IMG/VR virus record: IMGVR_UViG_3300009502_000023
Location: 37,731 to 101,730 of that record
DNA: 64,000 bases
Direction: 5' to 3' (one strand)
From: a virus
Lineage: Duplodnaviria; Heunggongvirae; Uroviricota; Caudoviricetes
Under the pieces are notes generated by a model. That model made no database searches and was not told the origin of the DNA. It saw nothing but the letters and a program-made list of their open reading frames with translations. The position numbers and the translations under genes were made by a program. Below are positions 1 to 9,001 of the stretch, one piece after another; position 1 is the stretch's first letter; each line of letters opens with the position of its first letter.

Positions 1-139
1 TCATTTTTACATTTTTCACATGTCATACTAATCATCCTTTTTAATTTATTCGGAAGATATAACAGGTTCGATTTATTATTAGATGTGAACTTAAAAAGAA
101 CGTTATAGAATAAATTAAAATTACCGGAGAAAATATCAA

Positions 140-316
140 TGAAAACTCTCTTATCTATCGTGTTACTGTTATCACTTGGTTTTGTATCTGGTTGTGTAAT
201 GTATCCTGTACCGGCTAGAACATATTATGTTGAACCGGTACGATATTATGAACCAGTTTATTATGTTCCTGGACCAACTATCTATGTACATGATGGTTAT
301 TATCATTACAGGTAAA
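140..316 (+). CDS. small putative lipoprotein (58 aa, not in ORF track)
   Basis: ATG at 140; N-term hydrophobic signal MKTLLSIVLLLSLGFVSGC with lipobox-like VSGC; Tyr/Pro/Val-rich mature part; GAATAAATTAAAA motif 20 nt upstream. Confidence 0.35.
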
Positions 317-331
317 TAAAGGAAGGTTTTT

Positions 332-1024
332 GTGCGTTTACTTATCTTGTCGGATATACATTCAAATTTAGAAGCTCTATTAGCAGTTCTAAAACATGTA
401 AAAGAAGAAGCAGAAGAGACTTATGATAAAATTGCTTGCTGTGGTGATCTTGTTGGTTATGGTTCAAATCCAAATGAAGTAGTTGAGTGGGCAATTAACG
501 AGAAGAAGAATGGTGGAATCTTTGTTATGGGAAACCACGATCAATCGATCTCAGGTGATTCAGATACTAGAGAATATAATCCTAGTGCTCGTTGGGCAAT
601 TCAGATTCAAAGAAAGATGGTTACTGAACCAAATAAAATTTTTCTTAGATCATTACAACATAGAATAGAATTTGAAAAGATAATGTTCATTCATGGTAGT
701 CCTTCTTATTGGGAAGATTATATTCACGATGAACATGATGCCAGAATGAATTTTCAATATATCAGAGGTAACATTTGTTTTATTGGACACACTCACTATC
801 CGGCGGTTTATCGTGATGAAAAAGGTATTCCGAAAATTGTAAATGTTGGATCTGTTGGACAACCAAGAGATGGTGATGCAAGAGCATGTTATGTTATTTT
901 TGATACTATTACTAGAGAAATTATAACTAACAGATGCAAGTATGATGTTGATTCTGTTCAGAAAAAAATGAGAACAATTGATATGCCTAGTCATTTAGTT
1001 GATAGATTAGAAAAGGGAAAATAA
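332..1024 (+). CDS. calcineurin-like metallophosphoesterase (YfcE/MJ0936-type phosphodiesterase)
   Basis: GTG start after AAGGAAGG RBS; motifs LSDIHSN (DxH), GDLVGYG (GD), GNHD, GHTH typical of MPP superfamily. Confidence 0.8.
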   Translation: MRLLILSDIHSNLEALLAVLKHVKEEAEETYDKIACCGDLVGYGSNPNEVVEWAINEKKNGGIFVMGNHDQSISGDSDTREYNPSARWAIQIQRKMVTEPNKIFLRSLQHRIEFEKIMFIHGSPSYWEDYIHDEHDARMNFQYIRGNICFIGHTHYPAVYRDEKGIPKIVNVGSVGQPRDGDARACYVIFDTITREIITNRCKYDVDSVQKKMRTIDMPSHLVDRLEKGK

Positions 1025-1121
1025 TGCCTGAACAAGTTGTAATTTTTGTAATGATTTTCTTTATCGGTGCTATTATCTGTGTTCTGTGGAAAACTATTCA
1101 GCAGTTTATTAAAGGTTAAAT

Positions 1122-1394
1122 ATGTTAAGCAAACATAAATTTATAAAATTATATCGTAAGTTACGTCGAAAGATGTATTTTAGATATAACAGTGAAAGCA
1201 ATAGAAAATTGGCTAGAAAATTAGTTAAGAAGTATATTGATAAATACATATGGAATAACTATAAAGTAACCGAGATTATTTGTGATCAAAGAAATAATAA
1301 TTCGGCACTTATAGATTCTCGTAGATTGATTGTTGATGTATATGCTGTTAAACTATTATGCCCCGAAAAAATAAATTTGACTTTTAAGGTATAA
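1122..1394 (+). CDS. hypothetical small basic protein
   Basis: ORF 90 aa, K/R-rich, co-directional, no recognisable motif. Confidence 0.35.
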   Translation: MLSKHKFIKLYRKLRRKMYFRYNSESNRKLARKLVKKYIDKYIWNNYKVTEIICDQRNNNSALIDSRRLIVDVYAVKLLCPEKINLTFKV

Positions 1395-1395
1395 A

Positions 1396-1641
1396 ATGGC
1401 AACCACCAAACCAGTATGGCGACTTCCTTATACTTATCCAAAACAGCAAGTTTCAGAAATGCTTAAAGAAATTTTCGATGGAACATCAACTTTAAAAAGT
1501 GATATGCGTCGAGAAATTCTTATTCAAGCAAAAGAATGTGGATTGATTGAATATCATTGGCCTGATAATGATGTTCATAATATGCCATTTGCTTCTATTG
1601 CTCATATCCCACAACCAGAAATACAGCGAGGAAAGCATTAG
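1396..1641 (+). CDS. hypothetical protein
   Basis: ORF 81 aa tightly following previous stop. Confidence 0.4.
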   Translation: MATTKPVWRLPYTYPKQQVSEMLKEIFDGTSTLKSDMRREILIQAKECGLIEYHWPDNDVHNMPFASIAHIPQPEIQRGKH

Positions 1642-1696
1642 TTATTGGGTGTGGATCGATTTGAACTTGAATAAATTATAAAATGGAGAATATTAT

Positions 1697-2572
1697 ATGA
1701 TAACATGTCCAATATGTGAACGAGAATTTTATCAAATGACAACTTCACATATAGTTCATCATAATTTAACATCCGATCAATTTAAAGAAATGTATCCTGA
1801 ATTTAAAATGTCTTCTCAAGAATATATTGATAAAATAACCGAAAAGAATAGAATTCGAGGTGAACAAAAGAGATTAAATAATGAAACATTATATTATCAA
1901 AATCCAAAACGCTGTTTAATATGTAATACAATCTTATCATATCATAAAAGTAATCAAAATATAAAAGGGTATTGTAGTAGATTATGTTCAGCAAAGACAA
2001 CTAACCACTCAGAGGAAACAAAACAAAAAATTTCAGAAGGAATGAACAGAAAATTTCAGTTGACAGGTAAATCGTTAAAAACAAAAATAAGTTATTGTAA
2101 AAATTGCAATACTGAAATGATTGGTATTTCGAAATTATATTGTTCTGATAAATGCCGAAAAGAACATTTACTGCCATTATGGCGAGAGAACGGAAGAATT
2201 CACGGATTGAAATCAGCAACTAAAAGATCACTTAGATCTAAAAATGAAATTGAGTTATATAGTCTTTTGAGTAATAATTATGTATGCACTCATAACGAAC
2301 CATTTTTTGGTGGTTGGGATGCTGATATAATTATACATGATTTGAAATTGGCAATCTTATGGAATGGACAATGGCATTATAGTCAAGTTATGCCGGGTCA
2401 TCATCTTTTACAGGTTCAAAATCGAGATATACATAAACTAAAATTGATTGATCAATTTGGATATAAATATATCATAGTTAAAGATTATGATAATAGAATG
2501 TCACCATTAAAAGCATATACTACAATATTAGATTTGATCAACAAGAATACTTTCAATGTAACTGTTTCATGA
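1697..2572 (+). CDS. homing-endonuclease-like protein (C2H2 Zn finger + NUMOD3-like HSEETKQKIS repeat + PD-(D/E)xK-like C-terminal domain)
   Basis: CPICEREF...HIVHH zinc finger; HSEETKQKISEGMN repeat; C-term WDADIIIHDLKLAILWNG; inserted between two phosphoesterase genes; GAATAAATTATAAAA motif upstream. Confidence 0.55.
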   Translation: MITCPICEREFYQMTTSHIVHHNLTSDQFKEMYPEFKMSSQEYIDKITEKNRIRGEQKRLNNETLYYQNPKRCLICNTILSYHKSNQNIKGYCSRLCSAKTTNHSEETKQKISEGMNRKFQLTGKSLKTKISYCKNCNTEMIGISKLYCSDKCRKEHLLPLWRENGRIHGLKSATKRSLRSKNEIELYSLLSNNYVCTHNEPFFGGWDADIIIHDLKLAILWNGQWHYSQVMPGHHLLQVQNRDIHKLKLIDQFGYKYIIVKDYDNRMSPLKAYTTILDLINKNTFNVTVS

Positions 2573-2588
2573 ACAAGAAAGGTGTCAA

Positions 2589-3284
2589 ATGAGTTCGGTT
2601 TGGATTACTGGAGATACACATGGAGAGCATCAGTTAGATCGTCTATCCAGTAAAAACTTTCCTGATGGAAAAGAACTAACCAAGGATGACTATCTAATCG
2701 TTGCTGGTGATTTTGGTCTTGTGTTTAGTAATAATCCACTAGATCACACTGAAAGATATTGGACAGCATGGTTAAACTCGAAACGATGGACAACTTTGTT
2801 TGTCGATGGAAACCATGAGAATCATGCTAGATTAGCAAAGTTGCCAACAAAAGAAATGTTTGGTGGGACTGTTGGTATTGTAAGTGATTCAATATTTCAT
2901 CTTAGACGAGGTGAAATATATACAATACATAATAAGAAATTCTTTTGTTTTGGTGGTGCTTTCAGTCGTGATAGAGGACATAGGGTTTTAAATAAGACAT
3001 ACTGGGAAGAGGAAGTTCCTTCTTCTGAGGAAATGTCTTATGCTGTTCAGAATTTAGACAAACACAATAACGAAGTAGATTTTATTATAACTCATACTAT
3101 CCCAAATGAAATTATGTCATCATTAGGATATGATAGATGGGATGCAATAGATTCTACTCGTAATTTTTTAAGTTTCATTGCATCGACTGTTAAGTTCGAA
3201 AGAATGTATAGCGGTCACATGCACGAAGATAAGGATATCTCAAAGTATTCTATCTTGTGGGACAGAATTATCAAAATCGTTTAA
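2589..3284 (+). CDS. Ser/Thr-phosphatase-like metallophosphatase (lambda PPase-type)
   Basis: motifs GDTHGE, AGDFG, GNHE, GHMHE. Confidence 0.75.
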   Translation: MSSVWITGDTHGEHQLDRLSSKNFPDGKELTKDDYLIVAGDFGLVFSNNPLDHTERYWTAWLNSKRWTTLFVDGNHENHARLAKLPTKEMFGGTVGIVSDSIFHLRRGEIYTIHNKKFFCFGGAFSRDRGHRVLNKTYWEEEVPSSEEMSYAVQNLDKHNNEVDFIITHTIPNEIMSSLGYDRWDAIDSTRNFLSFIASTVKFERMYSGHMHEDKDISKYSILWDRIIKIV

Positions 3285-3313
3285 ACTGTAAAACTGAAAC
3301 GTGAAGGAAAGTT

Positions 3314-4537
3314 ATGAAGAAGTTCGATCTTAGAAAGTTGTTGGATGGTATCACTTATGAACCGCAGTTGAATTTGATTGCGACGATGTTTAGTGATGTT
3401 GACAGATATAATCTTCCGGTCACTAAACATCTTTTCAATATCGATAATAAATATTACTTGCTTGCAGAAAATAATTATGCTAAGGTTGTTGTTGGGCCTG
3501 ATTATAATTTTATCTTTCTAAAGCAAGATCGGTTTGGTTTGACTACTGGATTCTTTCAGAGATGGGGTAAGACAAAAGATGATAATCCAGATTTTGCACC
3601 CATTGGTCCAGAAATTCTTGATATTGAAATTAGTGTAAATGGTTGTCCGAATGCTTGTCCGTTCTGTTATAAGAATAACAAGAATGTTCCACCAACCAAT
3701 ATGACATTAGATACGTTTAAATCCATTATTAATAAAATGCCTCGAGTATTAACCCAAGTTGCTTTTGGTATTACTGGAGTCAAAACAAATCCTGATTTCC
3801 TTCCTATGATGAAGTATTGTCGTGAAGTTGGGATTCTTCCAAACTTTACATTGAGCGGAATTGATCTTGATGATACTATGGCAGATGAATTATCACAGGT
3901 TGCTGGTGCTCTTGCTGTGAGTGCTTATGCATCTGATAAGAATGTTTGCTATGATACTGTAAAGAAATTTACTGATCGAGGAATGAGTCAAGTTAATATT
4001 CATTTGATGGTCAGTCAACAGACATTGCCTTTTGTAAAAGAGGTTTTAGCTGATCGATTGACTGATCCACGACTCGAGAACATGCATGCAATTGTATTCC
4101 TTGGTGTTAAACCTAAAGGTCGAGCTAAGAATGAATATACTCCATTGACTCTTCAAGAGTATGGTGATATCGTTCAGTACTCATTGAAAGCAGGATTTAA
4201 TTTTGGATTTGATTCATGTTCAGCTCCAAAATTTGAATCTGTAATTAAAGATACTGCTATTGATATTGAACCAGTTATTAAAGATCAATTGATTGAGTCT
4301 AGTGAATCCTGTGAGAGTTCATTATTCTCAAGTTATATCAATACTGCTGGCGAGTATTGGCATTGTTCTTTTGCTGAGAATGAGGATGGTCAGAATTTTG
4401 TAGATGTTACCAAGGCAAAGGACTTCATTGTCGATGTCTGGTATTCTGATACAGTTAAGAAATTCAGAGAGAATTCAATCAATACAATGGTTGGTGGATG
4501 TCGTCGTTGTACAGTATTCCCATCGATCAACCCATAG
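3314..4537 (+). CDS. radical SAM enzyme, function unknown (possibly linked to nucleotide/7-deazaguanine modification)
   Basis: CPNACPFC = CxxxCxxC 4Fe-4S/AdoMet cluster motif near N-terminus; 407 aa. Confidence 0.6.
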   Translation: MKKFDLRKLLDGITYEPQLNLIATMFSDVDRYNLPVTKHLFNIDNKYYLLAENNYAKVVVGPDYNFIFLKQDRFGLTTGFFQRWGKTKDDNPDFAPIGPEILDIEISVNGCPNACPFCYKNNKNVPPTNMTLDTFKSIINKMPRVLTQVAFGITGVKTNPDFLPMMKYCREVGILPNFTLSGIDLDDTMADELSQVAGALAVSAYASDKNVCYDTVKKFTDRGMSQVNIHLMVSQQTLPFVKEVLADRLTDPRLENMHAIVFLGVKPKGRAKNEYTPLTLQEYGDIVQYSLKAGFNFGFDSCSAPKFESVIKDTAIDIEPVIKDQLIESSESCESSLFSSYINTAGEYWHCSFAENEDGQNFVDVTKAKDFIVDVWYSDTVKKFRENSINTMVGGCRRCTVFPSINP

Positions 4538-4543
4538 ATATGT

Positions 4544-4588
4544 GGTTGGGTCTTCATTTTAATTAATGAAGACCCAACCTTCTTTTTA
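4544..4588 (+). terminator. rho-independent terminator
   Basis: 13-bp perfect stem GGTTGGGTCTTCA/TGAAGACCCAACC with loop TTTTAATTAA followed by TTCTTTTT. Confidence 0.55.
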
Positions 4589-4601
4589 AGGAGTCATAAA
4601 A

Positions 4602-4892
4602 ATGAATAAGAAAGATACACCATTACAATGTAGAATCGAAGAAGATTGTTTAGTTATTCGTATTGGAATATCCACGCTGGTTTTTGCTGCCGGTGAAGCT
4701 TTAGATGGTTGTAAGATTATAGATGAAGCTCAGTGGGCAAAAGATGTTGTTTGTGAAATGAATAATGAAAATGAAATCGGTGAAACTATTGTAACAGATA
4801 TGATTGATAGAGCAACAAATATGGCTCTTGATAACGGAAGTGAAGCAGTTGATTATGAATTGCAAGGACATCAAATTGACAAGGAAGATTAA
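4602..4892 (+). CDS. hypothetical acidic protein
   Basis: ORF 96 aa after AAGGAG RBS; translationally coupled (TAATG) to next gene. Confidence 0.45.
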   Translation: MNKKDTPLQCRIEEDCLVIRIGISTLVFAAGEALDGCKIIDEAQWAKDVVCEMNNENEIGETIVTDMIDRATNMALDNGSEAVDYELQGHQIDKED

Positions 4893-5371
4893 TGAAAACA
4901 AGAACTAGTTTGGTTAGTAACTCAAGTAGCAGTAGTTTTATTTTGGTAGGAATTCCTATCGATATAGATCAATTGAATGCCACTCATATCATCCCACACT
5001 TTACAGATAAAAATAAGGTCACTCTTAGTACTGTAGTAATGGGAAAATATCTAGGTGAAGGACAAGATGTATTTTGTTTGACTGATCCTGGTCAATTAGC
5101 ATTTATTAAAGATAATCCTGAATTTTTTGGAAATGTATTTATCAAATGTTTATATGTGTATGATCCGTGTGAAAGCAACATGCACACACTGAAAGAGTTA
5201 ATTGATGCTGTTGGACCAGATGCTGTAAAGATGGTAGTTACTGGTGGCACAGCAGATCAAAGCAGTAGCTGGTCTCTTGATGCAATGCTTGAAAATTATA
5301 CAGATGAACTTACTGAGAAAACAAAGAAAGATGTTGCAGAAACGTATAGAAAGAAATATAATCCAAAATGA
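4892..5371 (+). CDS. leader-family protein 1 (N-terminal MKTRTSLVSNSSSSSF leader + unique 140-aa body)
   Basis: ORF 159 aa; shares 16-aa N-terminus with 6 other ORFs; TAATG overlap with upstream gene. Confidence 0.65.
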   Translation: MKTRTSLVSNSSSSSFILVGIPIDIDQLNATHIIPHFTDKNKVTLSTVVMGKYLGEGQDVFCLTDPGQLAFIKDNPEFFGNVFIKCLYVYDPCESNMHTLKELIDAVGPDAVKMVVTGGTADQSSSWSLDAMLENYTDELTEKTKKDVAETYRKKYNPK

Positions 5372-5727
5372 AAACAAGAAATAGTTTAGTATCTAATAGT
5401 TCATCATCAAGTTTCATTATTGCATATAAACGGGGCGAGAAGTGTAAACATTGTGGTCGAAGCGATCCTGATCTTGAACAAATTATTAGAAGTAAAAGTA
5501 GCGAAAATAGTAACTATGAAGTATACGCTACTGGTAAAGATGAAATTATCAAACAAATGAAAACAGGATATGATGGAAATCCTGCCGAGATGACTGAACT
5601 ATTTGATAAGATTAATAAACTTGATGATGATTATACTGTTATTTATTTCAGTATGAGTCATCATGATTTTGAGTTTATTGATGATGTTACTTCAGCGGGT
5701 CAATTACTTTATAGAGGTGAAAGTTGA
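5368..5727 (+). CDS. leader-family protein 2 (MKTRNSLVSNSSSSSF leader; body with CKHCGRSDPD)
   Basis: ORF 119 aa; ATGA overlap with upstream gene. Confidence 0.65.
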   Translation: MKTRNSLVSNSSSSSFIIAYKRGEKCKHCGRSDPDLEQIIRSKSSENSNYEVYATGKDEIIKQMKTGYDGNPAEMTELFDKINKLDDDYTVIYFSMSHHDFEFIDDVTSAGQLLYRGES

Positions 5728-6290
5728 AAACAAGAACTAGTTTAGTTAGTAATTCAAGTTCGTCTAGTTTTATTATTCATTTTAAGAGCATGTGGGCAAA
5801 ACCAGAAGATAGGAATCTTCGTCTTTTAACTAAAGATGAAGAAAATATTCTTAAAGAGAATGGATATAAACTTTGTGAATGTGGTCATCCATCTCATCTT
5901 GAGAATAGATCAGATATTAATTGGATTACAAATAAAAAACAGTTAACAAAAGCTTATGTAGCTAGTTATGCTAAGTCTATTACTTGTAATCAGAATGATG
6001 AAATCTATTTTCTGTTAAAGAATAATATTCCTTTTACTGCAACTGCACATTATGGGCATGAAACTTATATTTATCCTAGAAATTCAAAATATTTGTTTTT
6101 ATTCAACAATCCTGGATGTGATGCTGAAACATATCATCAAAGAGATACTGAGAAACAATTATCTCTATTAGTAAAAGATCATTTAAAATATCCAGTAGCT
6201 GAAAAAATTTTAGTTTCAAAGTTTATTAAGAAAGAAGAAAAATGGGAAAAAGAGTTTAAGGAGGAACACGAAAATGAAGATAAGGAATAG
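5724..6290 (+). CDS. leader-family protein 3 (MKTRTSLVSNSSSSSF leader)
   Basis: ORF 188 aa; TTG start overlapping previous TGA, GAGGTGA RBS. Confidence 0.6.
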   Translation: MKTRTSLVSNSSSSSFIIHFKSMWAKPEDRNLRLLTKDEENILKENGYKLCECGHPSHLENRSDINWITNKKQLTKAYVASYAKSITCNQNDEIYFLLKNNIPFTATAHYGHETYIYPRNSKYLFLFNNPGCDAETYHQRDTEKQLSLLVKDHLKYPVAEKILVSKFIKKEEKWEKEFKEEHENEDKE

Positions 6291-6903
6291 TTTAGTAAGT
6301 AATAGTTCATCGAGTAGTTTTATTTGCAGTCGTCCTATCTTTGAAGTTGCAAGTGATATGTGGAAGGCAATTACTTCAGATGATTGGGATGAAGACAGAA
6401 CACAATCAGATGCTCGTTATAAGAACCTTCTTCCTCTGATTGAAAAGATCTGTAAAGATTCAGATGTTCAATCTGGAAAGTATGGTATCTCTATGCCTTC
6501 TTGTAATTATGATACTGAGATCTTAGTTGTTGATGGTAAGTGTCATATCAACACGTGTAATAATCATGATTGGTCTGGGATTGAAGGATTAGATTATGTA
6601 CCAGAAGATTGGGATCAACCAGAAGAAACTTTTGGAGAAAAATTTTCTGGCGAACGAAAAGAACGACCAAAGATTGAAATTCCATCTGGTACTTTCTTCT
6701 ATACCATTGCTCATGGTGGATCACTTCTTAGATCGAGTAATAAAACGATAAAAGGCAAGAAACTTATCTGTAAAAAGTGTCAAGACAAATGGGGTATGCA
6801 GAATTTAGATGCATGGGATCATTCTGGATACAACTACGAAGATCCTGATGGCAACTACTATTGTCCAGAACACTTCATAAAATTAGTAGTAATGCCGAAA
6901 TAA
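6274..6903 (+). CDS. leader-family protein 4 (MKIRNSLVSNSSSSSF leader; Cys-rich body)
   Basis: ORF 209 aa; 17-nt overlap with previous gene. Confidence 0.65.
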   Translation: MKIRNSLVSNSSSSSFICSRPIFEVASDMWKAITSDDWDEDRTQSDARYKNLLPLIEKICKDSDVQSGKYGISMPSCNYDTEILVVDGKCHINTCNNHDWSGIEGLDYVPEDWDQPEETFGEKFSGERKERPKIEIPSGTFFYTIAHGGSLLRSSNKTIKGKKLICKKCQDKWGMQNLDAWDHSGYNYEDPDGNYYCPEHFIKLVVMPK

Positions 6904-6957
6904 TAAGTTCCTGTTGGAATTTAGAATCCAAGTAAAGAAGGTGTCGTAGTATAAATA

Positions 6958-7683
6958 TTACGATACTTTCTTTATTCCTTTTTTTAAGTCATCGCATATC
7001 AAAAATTCTTTAGTTAAAGAGTATTTACATATATGTAATGAATTTTGATACATACTGGAAAGATCGAAATTTATCTTGTTGTTCAATCTACCTTTTACAT
7101 TCACAGTAAATTGAATCTTTGATTTTGGATTGATTCTTGAAACGACTTGTTCGAGTTCGTGTTTCAATCCGGTTCTTAGTAAATCAATATTACTTCCATG
7201 TTTTAGGTGACCAATCAGATGAACACCTTTTGGACTAGTAATCAATGTTTCATAATAACTAGTTCCAAGATCGTCTATCTTATCAGTTTCTAATTCATGT
7301 TCTAAGATCTTCAAAGCATACTGACAATGTTTCATTGAAAGATTTGGTCCAACATCTATGTCTACAATCCAATACTTTGTAAGTTCTGGATGAGTAACAT
7401 ATACAACATTAGTTCTTCCTGTAATTAGTTTTTCAAAGTTAGAACTAGTTAGTTGTATTGAAGATCCTTTTTGATTTCTGATCATGACCGTTTGATCATC
7501 AATCTTCATTAGAAATGCAACGTTTCTTCCATTTATCCATTTTAGCATCTTGTCTTTTACTGATAAGTAGTACTCATAAATTTGTTTCTCGGTTAAACCA
7601 TGAGGATAGAATTTATTTTTAATAATTATATCAGATGGATGAGTTGGAAAAGATTCGTTTAAAAACGCATTAATAATTCTCAT
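6958..7683 (-). CDS. archaeo-eukaryotic primase-polymerase (LigD Pol-domain-like)
   Basis: N-terminal LTEKQIYEYY...GRNVAF resembles LigD-Pol N-terminus; motif I IVDIDV (DxD), motif II SPKGVHLIGH (SGxKGxH-like); only - strand gene in a 60-kb + block. Confidence 0.6.
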   Translation of the reverse strand: MRIINAFLNESFPTHPSDIIIKNKFYPHGLTEKQIYEYYLSVKDKMLKWINGRNVAFLMKIDDQTVMIRNQKGSSIQLTSSNFEKLITGRTNVVYVTHPELTKYWIVDIDVGPNLSMKHCQYALKILEHELETDKIDDLGTSYYETLITSPKGVHLIGHLKHGSNIDLLRTGLKHELEQVVSRINPKSKIQFTVNVKGRLNNKINFDLSSMYQNSLHICKYSLTKEFLICDDLKKGIKKVS

Positions 7684-7907
7684 ATAATTTATTCAGTTCG
7701 TTGACCAACATTGAATAAAAACTGATTACCATATATATTAATTTATGGTAAACCACTCTATTCAAACTTTTTTTGAAATAGATGGTTTTAAAAGATTGTA
7801 TTTTATGTAAGTTCTTGACTCATTTTTTCTTCTGATGATTTATTAATAGTTAACTGATTAAAAAGGAGTTTTAAAACGATGTGTAAATATTAGGAGGAAT
7901 TTAAAGA
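7684..7907. promoter_or_regulatory. divergent AT-rich intergenic region, candidate bidirectional early promoter region
   Basis: 224 bp between divergently transcribed genes; contains TTGACT ... TATTAAT-like elements and AGGAGG RBS for 7908 gene; motif assignment tentative. Confidence 0.2.
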
Positions 7908-8126
7908 ATGTCAAAAATAAGTGTGATATATGACTCATCTCAAGAAATTGAACAGATTGTTAAAGAAGTAGAACAGCATATAGATATGAAGAAAGATGAA
8001 TCAGAAATATATGCTCTCGTTCAAAAAATCATTCAGACAGCTTTTGAAGAAGGTAGAAAATTTCAGAAGCAAATATCAATTAATTCATCCGTTAAAGACA
8101 GTATTATGAGCAAGACAGATATATGA
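7908..8126 (+). CDS. hypothetical protein
   Basis: ORF 72 aa with AGGAGG RBS. Confidence 0.4.
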   Translation: MSKISVIYDSSQEIEQIVKEVEQHIDMKKDESEIYALVQKIIQTAFEEGRKFQKQISINSSVKDSIMSKTDI

Positions 8127-9001
8127 ATACCGAAGATCCAGTAATCTTAGACAAGATTAAGAAATTATTAAATTTAGCAAATCCCAATAACAATGGATCC
8201 GAAGGTGAGATACAGTCGGCATTTACTTTGGCTCAGAAACTTCTCAAAAAACATCATTTGACGATGAGTCAAATAACAGCATATGATGACGATACAACAT
8301 CTGAAGCTGGTATGTTTGATGTTATAGAATCTGAAGCAGCAAAGTTTGCAGCTAATATCTTACCCCGATGGATGGAAACGTTATTAAGATCTGTTAATAC
8401 TATTACTGAAACGAAAACTCTGATTAAGCGATCATCAAGAACAGGTAGTACTTATGGAAACTTAAGTATTGTATTTGTTGGTGACACTATAGATGTTGAA
8501 ACTTCAGTAGAATTATTTCTCTTTCTAAAAGACTCGGTGTCTAAGTTATCTACTGCTCATTCAAACGAGTATGAAAAGAAACACAAATATTGGCGTTCAT
8601 TTGCTGATGGTTGTGCAACTAAAATCTTAGAACGAGCTCAAGAAGTAGAAAAGAAATATTCTGATAAATTCGAAAGAACTCTTGCTGATTTGGATATTTC
8701 TAATAGGGAATTAACTGAAGAAGATGAAGAGGAGCTAGAAGAGATAGATGATGAAATAGAAGATCAGATCAATTCTGAGAATTTCAGTATAGAGTTATAC
8801 AAGAAGTACGAAGATTGTAAAGTTAATAAGATTCTGGAGTACATTGAAAACATCGATGCAGAAGAAGAGAAATCTTCATCTAAAACTGCACGAACAGAGG
8901 TTAACTCATATCAAATGGGTCAAACCGCCGGCGAAACAATACCGCTGTCTATCTCTAAGAAGATAGCTACGGGGAACAAGAGGAAAACTCACCATGCCTA
9001 A
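8123..9001 (+). CDS. hypothetical protein with highly acidic C-terminal region
   Basis: ORF 292 aa, ATGA overlap with upstream gene. Confidence 0.5.
   Translation: MNTEDPVILDKIKKLLNLANPNNNGSEGEIQSAFTLAQKLLKKHHLTMSQITAYDDDTTSEAGMFDVIESEAAKFAANILPRWMETLLRSVNTITETKTLIKRSSRTGSTYGNLSIVFVGDTIDVETSVELFLFLKDSVSKLSTAHSNEYEKKHKYWRSFADGCATKILERAQEVEKKYSDKFERTLADLDISNRELTEEDEEELEEIDDEIEDQINSENFSIELYKKYEDCKVNKILEYIENIDAEEEKSSSKTARTEVNSYQMGQTAGETIPLSISKKIATGNKRKTHHA

Noticed and set aside
653-994. Antisense ORFs inside well-supported genes. Examples: 653-994(-), 1803-2219(-), 25457-26020(-), 26543-26872(-), 15229-15597(-), 55848-56213(-).
   Set aside because: They are embedded opposite ORFs with clear catalytic motifs and translate to low-complexity Ile/Asn/Phe-rich peptides, as expected from AT-rich antisense. 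They are not independent genes.
4892-4960. The leader as a Sec/Tat signal peptide or lipoprotein signal.
   Set aside because: It has no hydrophobic h-region of adequate length, no twin-arginine and no lipobox. The polar poly-Ser core is inconsistent with secretion signals.
4892-6903. The leader family as RiPP precursors for the nearby radical SAM enzyme.
   Set aside because: The variable regions are 100-260 aa, which is folded-domain size rather than short core peptides. Copies are scattered over 40 kb and are coupled to unrelated genes. The radical SAM gene lies beyond a terminator.
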